A stretch of 36,783 bases of DNA, from IMG/VR virus record IMGVR_UViG_3300042110_000398, positions 1 through 36,783 of that record, one strand, 5' to 3'. The translations under genes and the position numbers were made by a program. This document shows, in pieces, positions 8,886 to 18,712 of the stretch; position 1 is the first letter of the stretch, and every line of letters starts with the position of its first letter. The notes beneath the pieces were generated by a model. It searched no databases. It saw only the letters and a list, made by a program, of their open reading frames with translations, and was not told the DNA's origin. The stretch is from a virus (Duplodnaviria > Caudoviricetes).

Positions 8886-9677
8886 ATGCCCGAGGGTCCC
8901 GAAGTCGCAAACTTTGTCCGTTCCATCAACAGCTTCCTCGGTGAGGGTGACAAGCTCCTGTCGGTGACTCCCTTGTCCGGTCGCTACACCAAGAAGCCTA
9001 TCGAGGGACTTGTCAACGTCCAGTTCCCACTGACTATCGAGAGTGTGAATTGCAAGGGTAAGTTCATCTACTGGACATTCCAGGGAACCGACACTGTCAT
9101 CTTCAATACCCTGGGAATGTCGGGTGCCTGGTCGAATACCCCTCGACACGCAAGGGTGAAGTTCGAGACATCCGAGGGAGACCTCTACTTCAACGATGCC
9201 CGAAACTTTGGCACCCTAAAGTTCACCGACCGGAATGCCCTGAAGGACAAGCTCCTCTCACTGGGTCCTGACATGCTCAATGAGAACGTGAAACCGATCG
9301 ACTTCAAGATTCGGATGTGGCAGCATCCCAAGCTCACCCTTGCCGAGGCCCTCATGAACCAGGGCATTGTCTCCGGTGTCGGGAACTACCTGAAGGCGGA
9401 CTCTCTCTGGATGGCGAAGCTCAGTCCACACCGTCTCGTGTCAGAGTGCACGGTGGATGACCTCGATCGTCTCCATGAAGCGGTGAGGTCGGTCATCAAG
9501 ACCGCCTACCTCAATGGAGGCTCCACCATTCTCACCTACAAGGGGTTCGACGGAGAGAACGGAAAGCACACGATGCTCGTCTACGGTCGGAAGAAGGATC
9601 CCAACGGTGAGGAAGTCGTCTGTCAGGAGACAAAGGATGGTCGGACGACATGGTGGGTTCCTCGAGTCCAACACTAA
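8886..9677 (+). CDS. Fpg/Nei-family DNA glycosylase/AP lyase, zincless-finger type
   Basis: N-terminal MPEGPEV, KGKFIY, LGMSG, DARNFG, LGPD, H2TH MNQGIVSGVGNYLKADSL, C-terminal GRTTWWVP without four Cys. Confidence 0.9.
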   Translation: MPEGPEVANFVRSINSFLGEGDKLLSVTPLSGRYTKKPIEGLVNVQFPLTIESVNCKGKFIYWTFQGTDTVIFNTLGMSGAWSNTPRHARVKFETSEGDLYFNDARNFGTLKFTDRNALKDKLLSLGPDMLNENVKPIDFKIRMWQHPKLTLAEALMNQGIVSGVGNYLKADSLWMAKLSPHRLVSECTVDDLDRLHEAVRSVIKTAYLNGGSTILTYKGFDGENGKHTMLVYGRKKDPNGEEVVCQETKDGRTTWWVPRVQH

Positions 9678-9717
9678 ACTTCTTTGACTGACTGCTTACA
9701 TTTTGACAGGAGAAACA

Positions 9718-9924
9718 ATGAGACTCTCAGACAATTCAATTTCCGCGATAGCGCGGCTTGTTCAGATGGCAATCCTCACTGGGACCGATGTCGTCGATAA
9801 CCTGCGGCTCATGCGGCTCGTCCAGAGCGGTGACATCCTTGAGCCTGATGAGGAGTTCCTGAAGGGATTCGAGGAGTCCATTCAGAAGATGCTGGAGACT
9901 GCGAATGAGCTCGGCTCCCGGTAA
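9718..9924 (+). CDS. Hypothetical protein
   Basis: ATG 9718 behind AGGAG; 68 aa. Confidence 0.65.
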   Translation: MRLSDNSISAIARLVQMAILTGTDVVDNLRLMRLVQSGDILEPDEEFLKGFEESIQKMLETANELGSR

Positions 9925-10297
9925 GGAGTGCTCCCTCGAGGAGATGTTCCGGCTCCGTGTAGAGTTCATGGAGGCCCTGAAGGACCGAATCCCTGACGTC
10001 TACCCGCAGTGGCCCATTGATCCGACAGAGAAGCGCAATCAGGCCCACGTGAGGGACATTGCACTTCGAGGAGTCGAGGAGATGTTCGAGGCGCTCCAGC
10101 ACCTGAAGAACTCGAAGCCCCATCGACAGACTCACCTCCCTGACTTTGACAGGGAGGCCTTCCTCGAGGAGACAGTCGACGCATTCAATTACTTCTTCTC
10201 AGTCCTCGTCCTCCTGGGAGTCGACGCCAACGAGCTCCTTGAAGCGTACAAGAAGAAGCACAAAACGATAAAGAGACGCCTCGAAGACGGTTACTAA
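9905..10297 (+). CDS. All-alpha NTP pyrophosphohydrolase (dimeric dUTPase / dCTPase / MazG superfamily)
   Basis: EEMFEA...KPHR...EETVDAFNYF, the ExxE..ExxD metal-binding pattern. Confidence 0.75.
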   Translation: MSSAPGKECSLEEMFRLRVEFMEALKDRIPDVYPQWPIDPTEKRNQAHVRDIALRGVEEMFEALQHLKNSKPHRQTHLPDFDREAFLEETVDAFNYFFSVLVLLGVDANELLEAYKKKHKTIKRRLEDGY

Positions 10298-10320
10298 CTT
10301 TCGCGATCAGATATTTTAGA

Positions 10321-10354
10321 ATAGGGCTCGGGTATTGCTACCTGAGCCTATTTT
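10321..10354 (+). terminator. Rho-independent terminator
   Basis: Imperfect stem ATAGGGCTCGGGTA / TACCTGAGCCTAT with loop TTGC, followed by a T-run; ends the replication/repair block. Confidence 0.7.
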
Positions 10355-10361
10355 CTATTTA
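10355..10361 (+). promoter_or_regulatory. Candidate late-promoter element CTATTTA
   Basis: nTAnnTA 20 nt before the first fibre gene, immediately after a terminator. Confidence 0.4.
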
Positions 10362-10381
10362 TGCGCGAGGTAAACCGCTAG

Positions 10382-12868
10382 ATGCCCGTCCAGCTTACAA
10401 AGAAAGAAGCTAGGGACACAGATTTTCTCACGCTGAAAAGTAAGTCAACCGGCGAGATAGTCAGAATTATCTCGCCGCACGATTTCTATGTCGGCATTGA
10501 GGGTCTGAAGGCATCCGATGTCAGGGTGGTGGGAGACGTCCACGTCACCGGCTCCCTCTACGTGAAAGGGGGAGTCTCTGGTTCTCTCAAGCTGCCTGAC
10601 GGATCACTTGCAATCACCGCCGGCTCCGGAATCTCTGTAACTGAGACAGGAGCCGGCGGAGTTGAGATTGCGACTACGGGTGGCGGATCTGGCGGTGCTC
10701 CTGATAACGCCTCGTACGTAGTCATAACCTCTAACGGTGATCTTACTTCAGAGAGGGTGCTGGCAGGCACAGCGGACAGGATCACCATCACTGACAACGG
10801 TGCAAACTCGACCGTTGTGATAGACGTCGGCAGTGACGTTTACGTTGTCGGCGGTAGCGACGTCTCGCTTTCTGACGGTGGCACCGGTGCATCCGACGCT
10901 GCCACAGCACGTTCGAACCTCGGAGTCACGGCGACAGGTGCCGACACAACATACGCTTTCCGAGCGAATAATCTCTCAGACCTTGGTTCCGCGTCCACCG
11001 CCCGTACGAACCTGGGGCTTGGGACGATAGCGACTCAGAATTCGAACAACGTGTCCATCACCGGCGGCGTCATTCAGGTGACGAACATCACCGGATCGCT
11101 GACAAAGCTCACTACAGGTAACGACTACCTGAGAGCTGGCACGAATGTCACCCTCACGACTGGTTCTGATGGTTCGGTTACGATTGCTGCTCCTTCTGTG
11201 GGCGGGGCTCCCACTGACGCAGACTACCTCGTTGTCGGTTCTACTTCAGCTGGCAGTCTCAGCAATGAGAGAACCCTCACAATCGGAAGCGGACTCTTCG
11301 CGACCGACGGGGGTTCAGGCGGCTCCTACACGCTGAAGGTCCTTGACTCTGCCGTGGCTTTCCTCACGGGAGCAGAGTTCAGCGGTCCCGTCACCGCCTC
11401 AAACCTGAGATCCACGAATCTCGTGTCCACGAGGCTCTCAGGTTCTCTCACTCGGCTCTCTAACGGTGACCCTTACCTTGTCGCTGGTTCGAACATCACC
11501 ATTACCACGGGATCTTCCGGGGCAGTGACGATTGCGGGCAGCGGTCTCGTGGGTAACACGTCACCCTTCCTCCTGCACTCGGGAGATGCCTCACTCCCGC
11601 AGGCTCTCGTCCTCACTCACGGGGCGGGTATTGACATCATCGAGGATGGGTTCGGCAATTTTGTCGTCGTTGCGGACCTTGTCGAAGGGAACAACATCAC
11701 GATCACGGAGCTCCCAGGCGGTGAGCTCGAGATCTCTGCTGACGTTTCAGCCGCAGCAGACCCCGACGCCCAGTACCTCGTCCTCTCTGCGACGGGCTCT
11801 CTCACCAACGAGAGGGTCTTCACTGCCGGAACAGGTATCAAGGTTAATGACGCGGGTTCAGGCGGAAACTTCACCGTCTCGGTAAGAGACGATGTCGTTG
11901 CAACGATAAGCGGATCTACTTTCACCGGTCCGGCGAAATTCCAACAGGGTCTCTCAGGATCACTCACTAGTCTCTCCAACGGTAACCCTTACCTCGTAGC
12001 AGGTAACAGCATATCTCTGGTGACGGGATCAGGCGGAGAGATAACGATCTCTTCGACTGCGGCAGGTGCAGACGCCGGGGCCTCATACCTCGTACTCTCC
12101 ACGACATCCTCACTCAGCAACGAGAGGGCGTTCACGCCCGGGACAGGACTCTTCGCCACTGACGGTGGTGCAAGCTCTTCATACACACTGTCAATAAGCG
12201 ACTCAGTGGTCGCTACGGTTTCAGGCTCGACCTTCACGGGACCCGTGAAATTCGAACAAGGCCTATCAGGTTCTCTCACCACGCTCTCTGACGGCACTCC
12301 GTACCTCATCGCCGGGTCCAATGTCACTATTGCCACGGGGTCGTCCGGTGCGGTGACAATCTCCTCGACAGCTGGGGTCACCACCCAACTGTCACTCGCA
12401 GAAATTCCAGGCGGAACCGTAGACGGTTCCAACAAGACATTCACGCTCGCAAACGCTCCGAGTCCCTCGTCATCCCTCATGCTCTTCTACAACGGGTTGC
12501 TGCTGAGCCAGGGGTCCGGATACGACTACACGCTCGCTTCAACCACGGTGACATTCGAGCCAGCGGTCGATGCGCCTGACACAGGCTCATCGCTTCTTGC
12601 TCTCTATTCATACGCTCCGGCTGTAGCGGTTATCAGGTACTACACGCTGATGGAAGCTGTCTCCTTCAGCCTTGTCGGACCCAGCTACGAAGCAGTCCTC
12701 GTCGACGCCCCCAGCCCGTCGTCCTCGGTGATGCTGTTCATGAACGGTCAACTGCTGAAGCAGGGGGTAGCTGAAGACTTCACAGTTTCGGGTGACACGT
12801 TGACTCTCAACTTCACAGAGTTCGTGTCAGAATCCTCGTTCTACGCCACGTATGAGAGAGCGTCTTGA
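10382..12868 (+). CDS. Repeat-rich virion fibre / tail-associated protein (828 aa)
   Basis: G/S/T-rich; tail-fibre motifs GGTGASDAATARSNLG and NNLSDL..ASTARTNLGLG; alternating internal repeats; two C-terminal (F/Y)xNGxLLxxGxDYT-type domains. Confidence 0.7.
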   Translation: MPVQLTKKEARDTDFLTLKSKSTGEIVRIISPHDFYVGIEGLKASDVRVVGDVHVTGSLYVKGGVSGSLKLPDGSLAITAGSGISVTETGAGGVEIATTGGGSGGAPDNASYVVITSNGDLTSERVLAGTADRITITDNGANSTVVIDVGSDVYVVGGSDVSLSDGGTGASDAATARSNLGVTATGADTTYAFRANNLSDLGSASTARTNLGLGTIATQNSNNVSITGGVIQVTNITGSLTKLTTGNDYLRAGTNVTLTTGSDGSVTIAAPSVGGAPTDADYLVVGSTSAGSLSNERTLTIGSGLFATDGGSGGSYTLKVLDSAVAFLTGAEFSGPVTASNLRSTNLVSTRLSGSLTRLSNGDPYLVAGSNITITTGSSGAVTIAGSGLVGNTSPFLLHSGDASLPQALVLTHGAGIDIIEDGFGNFVVVADLVEGNNITITELPGGELEISADVSAAADPDAQYLVLSATGSLTNERVFTAGTGIKVNDAGSGGNFTVSVRDDVVATISGSTFTGPAKFQQGLSGSLTSLSNGNPYLVAGNSISLVTGSGGEITISSTAAGADAGASYLVLSTTSSLSNERAFTPGTGLFATDGGASSSYTLSISDSVVATVSGSTFTGPVKFEQGLSGSLTTLSDGTPYLIAGSNVTIATGSSGAVTISSTAGVTTQLSLAEIPGGTVDGSNKTFTLANAPSPSSSLMLFYNGLLLSQGSGYDYTLASTTVTFEPAVDAPDTGSSLLALYSYAPAVAVIRYYTLMEAVSFSLVGPSYEAVLVDAPSPSSSVMLFMNGQLLKQGVAEDFTVSGDTLTLNFTEFVSESSFYATYERAS
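11087..12370 (+). repeat. Protein-level alternating repeats in the 828 aa fibre
   Basis: Four copies of GSLTxLxxGxxYLxAGxN(V/I)xxxTGSxGx(V/I)TI interleaved with DAxYLVxxxxxSLxNERxxTxGxG(L/I) units; boundaries approximate. Confidence 0.8.
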
Positions 12869-13083
12869 GGACCTACTTCACCAGCGACATCACGCTAGCT
12901 GCATTTCTTGTCATGAAAGGCGTCCCACTCCTTGAGTCTAACCGAGGAGGAAAGAGGTTCGAGTTCCTCTTCGATTCCACGAATTTCGACACCGATTCAC
13001 TCGTCTCTGAATACGTAAGGCTAGAGTACTCGAAGTTCGACTCCTCGATGAGACTCCTGAAGAAGAGACTCTATGGGCAATGA
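12865..13083 (+). CDS. Small hypothetical protein (DUF5659-like)
   Basis: YFTSDITLAAFL..KG..FEFLF; TTGA overlap with the upstream stop. Confidence 0.55.
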   Translation: MRTYFTSDITLAAFLVMKGVPLLESNRGGKRFEFLFDSTNFDTDSLVSEYVRLEYSKFDSSMRLLKKRLYGQ

Positions 13084-13114
13084 CCCAGTCCGGTAGACAA
13101 GCAAAAGGTGACAC

Positions 13115-15271
13115 ATGCCACAGGCAACTCAACTCAGGTTATCACAGATCACGGGATCACTCGGGACTGGTACCGGGCAGATTACGGACCAGAACAGTGC
13201 CGTAGCAACAGGCTCGGCAAACCTATCTGACATCGGGGGCATCCTATCGAATATCGCCTCCGCTATCAAGAGAATCCACGGCCACGACTCATTCACCGAG
13301 GCCGCGGCAGGAATCTTCAAACAGCCCCTCACGGTAACGGGCTCGGTCACCCTCAAGGACGGAAGCGGAAACCCGCAGGTCGTCCTCGGCAACGTAACGG
13401 GGATCATCAGCGGCTCCGGCGCCCTCCAGGTCGGTGGGAAGGCGACAATAAACGGACCCGCGGAACTCACCGGCTCGGTCTTCCTGAAGAATGTGGCTGC
13501 TGCTCCCACGGCGGGCGCTACCGAGGCCGTCATCTACGCCAGGGCCGGCACTCTCTACTTCAAGAATGCGGGCGGCACTGAGAGCGCAGTGGGTTCGTCT
13601 GCAGCCGCAGGAGCGAATAATCAAGTTCAGGTCAACAGCGCTGGGGCTTTCGGCGCCTCGACCAATCTCTGGTACGACTCTACTACGGGTCTCTACATCA
13701 CAGGAACCCTTACGACATCGGGAGTCTCGACCCTCACGGGAGACGTAACTTTCGGCGGTAACATCTTGGCGGACGCAGATGAAACAAAGACCATCTTCGG
13801 AACTGTCACCACTGCAGGTAACACGATAACCATCGGCGGTGGCGGAACGGTGGTCACGGCCGGGGACCTCAAGGTCGGAGGAAACGACATCCAAGCGTCA
13901 GATGGGAACGCAAATATCACCCTCACCTCGAACACTCTCACTGCTTTCGCTGGTGACATCAGGGTAAACGGCAACGACATCCAAGCCTCAGACGGAAACA
14001 CCAACATCACACTTACGTCGAACACCCTCACCACAGTGGCCGGTGATCTCAAGGTCGGTGGCAATGATATTCAGGCCTCTGACGGCACAGTCGCTCTGAC
14101 ATTCACGGGAGCAAATGTCGCAGTGGCCGGTGACCTCACAGTAACGGGCAATGACATCAAGGCCTCCGGCGGCACCACGGTCCTCACCCTTAACGGGGCG
14201 AACGCTACTTTCGCAGGAGCGGTGACAGTCGGAGGTAACCTTTACGTCCAGGGTACCACGACGGAAGTCTCCTCAACTGTGGTGGTCATCAACGACAGGG
14301 TCATCCAGCTTGGGACCGGCTCGACCGTGGCCACAGACACCTTCGAGCGCGGTGTGAGGTTCCTCTACGGAGACGGCGCTTCTGTCCAGACAGGGTTCAT
14401 GGGTTACACCAGGGACACCAACTACTTCGTCTTCGCGGACCAGTCCACGGAGTCTCCCACCGACCAGTTCACGATTAACCGGACGGCGCCCATCTCGGCC
14501 TCGAACGGAAGGTTCGGTTTCATCGACGTTGGAGGCTCCGGAGCGGGTGTCTCAAACTCGAACATCAACACGATTGGAAGCAACCCGTTGACGCTCCTCG
14601 CCGGAAACAACAACATCACGAACGTCGCCAACGTCTTCACGGTGTCAGGCACGGCAGGAGGCACACCGAGCATCAGACTCGTGGACTCGAACATTCAGGT
14701 GAGAGACGTCAACGACGGCGGCCAGCAGTTCGCTTTCACGAGCGGAGACGGTTCTTCAACGAGGGGCAAGCTCGAGACCGCATCCGGCGCGACACCGGAC
14801 CTCATCCTCAGCGGTGGGCAGAACGTGGACATCGACGCTGGCGGTACGGTGAGGTTCCAGACCGTTCACATGGGAGCTGCGCTCAAGTCACTCACCCTTG
14901 CTTCCGGTGAGGTCACACAGTTCAACACGAACTTCAACTCCGCGGTCTCCATCTTCCAGGCGATGAACACCCTCAGGGCGGTGAAGGCGGTGAAAGTCAT
15001 CGACTCGACCTATAACAACGGAACGATACTCTCGGCCTCCGCGATGGTCACGGGCGACGGCACCGCGTTCAACACTTGGTGGACGACAAAGGCCGTCGCT
15101 GATGTCGCAACCCGCAATGACAGGGTCTCGGTCTACTACAACGGCCAGCTCCTCCTCTCCCAGTCGTACTCGGCTTCCAACTACGACTACACGTTCAACC
15201 ACACGAGCGCCGACGTCACCTTCAACTTCTCAATGACGACTGACGACATCGCGATCGTGAAGGTCGAGTAA
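13115..15271 (+). CDS. Virion fibre protein (718 aa)
   Basis: G/T/S/N-rich beta repeats, GGNLYVQGTTTEV fibre motif, C-terminal VYYNGQLL..YDYT domain. Confidence 0.7.
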   Translation: MPQATQLRLSQITGSLGTGTGQITDQNSAVATGSANLSDIGGILSNIASAIKRIHGHDSFTEAAAGIFKQPLTVTGSVTLKDGSGNPQVVLGNVTGIISGSGALQVGGKATINGPAELTGSVFLKNVAAAPTAGATEAVIYARAGTLYFKNAGGTESAVGSSAAAGANNQVQVNSAGAFGASTNLWYDSTTGLYITGTLTTSGVSTLTGDVTFGGNILADADETKTIFGTVTTAGNTITIGGGGTVVTAGDLKVGGNDIQASDGNANITLTSNTLTAFAGDIRVNGNDIQASDGNTNITLTSNTLTTVAGDLKVGGNDIQASDGTVALTFTGANVAVAGDLTVTGNDIKASGGTTVLTLNGANATFAGAVTVGGNLYVQGTTTEVSSTVVVINDRVIQLGTGSTVATDTFERGVRFLYGDGASVQTGFMGYTRDTNYFVFADQSTESPTDQFTINRTAPISASNGRFGFIDVGGSGAGVSNSNINTIGSNPLTLLAGNNNITNVANVFTVSGTAGGTPSIRLVDSNIQVRDVNDGGQQFAFTSGDGSSTRGKLETASGATPDLILSGGQNVDIDAGGTVRFQTVHMGAALKSLTLASGEVTQFNTNFNSAVSIFQAMNTLRAVKAVKVIDSTYNNGTILSASAMVTGDGTAFNTWWTTKAVADVATRNDRVSVYYNGQLLLSQSYSASNYDYTFNHTSADVTFNFSMTTDDIAIVKVE
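13859..14212 (+). repeat. Four tandem 87-90 nt coding repeats (AGDLxVxGNDIxASDG...)
   Basis: Units of 30, 30, 29 and 29 aa, recognisable in both DNA and protein. Confidence 0.9.
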
Positions 15272-15288
15272 AGAGAGTCCAACTCACT

Positions 15289-15322
15289 CTGCGCCCAGGT
15301 TTATCCTGGGCGCAGTTGTTTA
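15289..15322 (+). terminator. Hairpin terminator
   Basis: Perfect 11 bp stem CTGCGCCCAGG / CCTGGGCGCAG with loop TTTAT, followed by TTGTTT. Confidence 0.75.
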
Positions 15323-15341
15323 AAATTCTCGAGGAGGCAAT

Positions 15342-15689
15342 TTGTCACTGAGAGAAGCGATAGAGACTGTCGAGAGGACCTTGACAGCGGCGAGACGTGA
15401 GGCGATCGAGGCAGAGATAATCCTGCCGACTGCGGAGAACATCCTCGGGGAGGTCATCAGGCTCCGAGACGACCTGAGGGAGAGGACCGATGGGATGGAC
15501 TCCGGAGGTGCTCTCTCGGTGTACGAGGCCTCGATGGATAACATGCGCAAGTGGGCAGTCGCGGAGACCGAGAGGTGCAGGATCCGCCCACAGGCTCTGA
15601 GAGAGCGTGAGAGGACGCTCGAGTCGGTGCTAAATTATCTTAGATCGCTTGATGTCCCAAGGGAGAGCGACGAGGAGACAGGAACATGA
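15342..15689 (+). CDS. Hypothetical helical protein
   Basis: TTG start behind GAGGAGG; 115 aa. Confidence 0.65.
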   Translation: MSLREAIETVERTLTAARREAIEAEIILPTAENILGEVIRLRDDLRERTDGMDSGGALSVYEASMDNMRKWAVAETERCRIRPQALRERERTLESVLNYLRSLDVPRESDEETGT

Positions 15690-15949
15690 TTTTTGCAGCT
15701 GGAGTGACACTACTGGCGGGTTACCTCTCGGGTGTCCTCTTCTCTTACCTCGACAAGGTCTACACGAAGACTTTTGCCACGAGGCTCGAGGCCGTCACGA
15801 GGTCTCGAGAGGTGAAGAGGGACATGAAAGTCCTCAGGGAACAGGTGGACCGTGAGACTCGGAGCGTCTTCACTTGGCCACTCGGCGTGGCACTTGTCCT
15901 CATTGAGAGGTACCAGAAGAAGCAGGAAGCCGGCGCGGGTGATAAGTAA
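15686..15949 (+). CDS. Small membrane protein
   Basis: N-terminal hydrophobic helix and VFTWPLGVALVLI; ATGA overlap. Confidence 0.6.
   Translation: MIFAAGVTLLAGYLSGVLFSYLDKVYTKTFATRLEAVTRSREVKRDMKVLREQVDRETRSVFTWPLGVALVLIERYQKKQEAGAGDK
15942..15948 (+). promoter_or_regulatory. Candidate late-promoter element ATAAGTA
   Basis: ATAnnTA 16 nt before ATG 15965. Confidence 0.45.
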
Positions 15950-15964
15950 TCTCGGGAGCAAAAG

Positions 15965-16222
15965 ATGCAAGAGAAAGCCCTGAGGGTTCTCGTGAGAGGA
16001 ATTATCCGCGAGACACTTGAGACCGAAGCAGTCGAGGATTCCGATCTCGACGAGGTCGGCTACAAGAGCCTCACCCAGGCCCAGGCAAAGAAGCGGTACG
16101 AAAAGCTGAAAGAGAAGTACCCGAAGTGGAAGGACCGCCTGAAGGCTTTCTCGTGGGCCTCGGACCCTGAGGCCGCTCTCGGCGGACTACGGGCGAAAGC
16201 GAAGGGACAGGGGAGGAGCTGA
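15965..16222 (+). CDS. Small protein with an LRxLxxxIIRE leader and basic C-terminus; candidate internal head protein
   Basis: MQEKALRVLVRGIIRETLE, acidic linker, K/R-rich tail. Confidence 0.55.
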   Translation: MQEKALRVLVRGIIRETLETEAVEDSDLDEVGYKSLTQAQAKKRYEKLKEKYPKWKDRLKAFSWASDPEAALGGLRAKAKGQGRS

Positions 16223-18120
16223 TGCCACCGGCGACGAGGATCAGGGGAATACAGATTGCCGATAACACCGTCACTGCCGCGGACATCGACTACACGCTTG
16301 ACGACGCCTACGACAACGGGGGCTCGGGAGCCGGTAGGACAATAACCGCGGACGTGGGACCGGTCGTCATCGACACACTCGGGGATGGCGGGACAGGGCT
16401 GGTTGTCACAGGGACCGTAACCGCAACGGGTGAAATTTCCGTCTACGGTAACATCCGCGCAATGAACTCCTCGGGTGATGAGGGCGGAGAGATCTTCCTC
16501 AACAAGGCTGTCACCAACACGACTCTCAACGGGGGCGTCACGATCGACGTCTACCAGAACAAAATTCGATTCTTCGAGCAGGGTGGGACAGCCCGAGGCT
16601 ACTTCCTCGACATCACGAACGGCGGCGGCGCCGCATCGACAAACCTTGCCGCGGGCGGCGGAACACCGGGCGGATCGGATACGCACGTTCAGTTCAACGA
16701 CGGTGGGTCTTTCGGGGGACAAAGTTCTTTCACGTTTAACAAAACAACGTCGCTTGCTTCCGTCGCCAATTTTGTCGTGACAGGATCTGCGGTGGGCTCG
16801 TTGGTAACCTCCGGCACGTTTCAGGTGAAGGATGGGTCCGGGGGCGTAGTAGGAAGCATTTCAGCAGGCGGCGTGATCAGCGGATCAGGTGACCTGCAGG
16901 TCGGCGGCAACATCACGGGATCGAACCTTCGGCTTACGGGTGACATTGCGGTAATCGGCGGTGACCTCACGACAACGGCGACGACATTCAACTTCCTCAA
17001 CTCGACTGCTACGACCATTAACTTCGGGCAAGCAGCTGCAACTGTCAACGTCGGTGCTGCCGCGTCAGTTGTCGCTGTTGGACAAGATCTCAACATCGGC
17101 GGTGGCGGAAGTAAGCTGAGACTCGGTACATCGCAACAGCTAACGATGCTGTGGAACACGAACGCCGCGATAACGAACGGTTCGGGGCAGTTCCTCATAC
17201 AGCAGCAGGTCCCCAACGCCAGGCTTGAGAACCACATCAGCGGCACCACGGGCGCAGGAATGTTCAGGGTGAGGAATTTCACCACGAACAACTCCACCTT
17301 CAGGGACCTCCTCGAGGTGAGGGCCGACGGATCGATCCTGATTGGCTCTGCGTCAACAGGCGGTCCCGGTCTCTCTAACACGACTATCAGCAACGACCTC
17401 TTTCTCAGCACGGGAATAGTCGCTGTAAACACCGACGGCACCGACATCCAGCTCGTGTCGAGCGGTAACGCAACTATCAAGCTCGACGCGAACAACAACG
17501 CAGCGGGTCATTTCTTTGCGGTCAGGGACTTCAACAACGTGAACCAGTTCAGGGTCACGGAGACAGGAAACGTCGACATCCAGGGAGACGTCACGATCAC
17601 GGGATCAGTGCTCGCCACGACGACTACGACGACTTTCAACCTCCTCAACACTGCGCTCACGGGGACCCTCAACATCGGTGGAGCCGCCACGAACGTCTTC
17701 CTCGGCTCCAACACCTCAACCGGCACGATGGCGGGTGACCTCACCGTCAACGGAAGGACAGGCTTCGGCGCGGTAGTCGAGAGGGTTTTCAACTCGAACT
17801 CGAGCACGGGCGTGACTCCCTTTAACCTTCTGGCGCAATCTGTCTTCTACGTCAACAACCCGAATGGTGACATAACCGCGAACTTCACGAGCGTCCCTAC
17901 CTCGAACCTGAGGGTGCTCACACCCACGGTCATCCTTTCGCAATCTGCGACACCGAGGGTTGTGAACGCAGTGCAGGTCGACGGTGTGGGCCAGACAATC
18001 AAGTGGGCGAACAACGTTGTCCCGACAGGCACTGCAAACAAGCAGGAGGCCTTCGGTTTCAGCCTCATCCGGTCCGGATCTCTCTGGACAGTACTCGGTC
18101 AGATGACCTCATACGGTTGA
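16222..18120 (+). CDS. Virion fibre / receptor-binding protein (632 aa)
   Basis: PGGSDTHVQFNDGGSFGG fibre motif, G/T-rich beta repeats, C-terminal IKWANNVVPTGTANK..FGF domain; TGATG overlap. Confidence 0.7.
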   Translation: MPPATRIRGIQIADNTVTAADIDYTLDDAYDNGGSGAGRTITADVGPVVIDTLGDGGTGLVVTGTVTATGEISVYGNIRAMNSSGDEGGEIFLNKAVTNTTLNGGVTIDVYQNKIRFFEQGGTARGYFLDITNGGGAASTNLAAGGGTPGGSDTHVQFNDGGSFGGQSSFTFNKTTSLASVANFVVTGSAVGSLVTSGTFQVKDGSGGVVGSISAGGVISGSGDLQVGGNITGSNLRLTGDIAVIGGDLTTTATTFNFLNSTATTINFGQAAATVNVGAAASVVAVGQDLNIGGGGSKLRLGTSQQLTMLWNTNAAITNGSGQFLIQQQVPNARLENHISGTTGAGMFRVRNFTTNNSTFRDLLEVRADGSILIGSASTGGPGLSNTTISNDLFLSTGIVAVNTDGTDIQLVSSGNATIKLDANNNAAGHFFAVRDFNNVNQFRVTETGNVDIQGDVTITGSVLATTTTTTFNLLNTALTGTLNIGGAATNVFLGSNTSTGTMAGDLTVNGRTGFGAVVERVFNSNSSTGVTPFNLLAQSVFYVNNPNGDITANFTSVPTSNLRVLTPTVILSQSATPRVVNAVQVDGVGQTIKWANNVVPTGTANKQEAFGFSLIRSGSLWTVLGQMTSYG

Positions 18121-18124
18121 TCAG

Positions 18125-18664
18125 ATGTTCGGAAGATTCTCATCATTCGCTGGCTCTCTGTCTCCCGTTCCAAAAGCGAGAGTGCAGTACAGGTACTACC
18201 GCTGGTCCGTGACAAAGGCTCGGGACATCACACAGGACCCTGGTTGGCCCGTTGGGATGATTCAGGCCTCTGAGGTCGAGCTCTTCTACGCTGGGACTTC
18301 GATTGGGATCACTGGTGCGACATGCACGAATCCCGGTGGGTACAACCCGGCGGGTGAGGATCCCACGAAAGCCAATGACGGTTCCGTGCTCACCAAGTGG
18401 CTTGACCAGAGCGGCAACGGTGGGATCTACGGTGCGGTAAAGTCTTGGAAGCTCCTGATCGACTTCGGGGCTAGCACAAAGAAGGTTGCTGACGCCTTCA
18501 GGTACGCCACTGCGAACGACGTGAACGGGCGGGACCCAGTGCGGTGGACTTTTGAGGGAAGCAACGACAATGTCAACTGGACGACTCTTCACACCCAGGC
18601 CACTGACGCCACGATCACCACGAACCGTCAGACATTCACCCAGCTCTTCTACTTCGGGGTGTGA
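18125..18664 (+). CDS. Discoidin / F5/8 type C-like carbohydrate-binding protein
   Basis: YRYYRW, DGSVLTKW, ANDVNGRDPVRWTFEGSNDNVNWTTL. Confidence 0.65.
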   Translation: MFGRFSSFAGSLSPVPKARVQYRYYRWSVTKARDITQDPGWPVGMIQASEVELFYAGTSIGITGATCTNPGGYNPAGEDPTKANDGSVLTKWLDQSGNGGIYGAVKSWKLLIDFGASTKKVADAFRYATANDVNGRDPVRWTFEGSNDNVNWTTLHTQATDATITTNRQTFTQLFYFGV

Positions 18665-18712
18665 AACTTCCCCGTAGACTTTACATCTCGAATCGTGAGG
18701 CCATTAAATTAA

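Noticed and set aside
13859-14212. Tandem repeats as a CRISPR array or DGR template
   Set aside because: In-frame coding repeats with synonymous variation, no unique spacers, and no cas or reverse transcriptase gene in the window.
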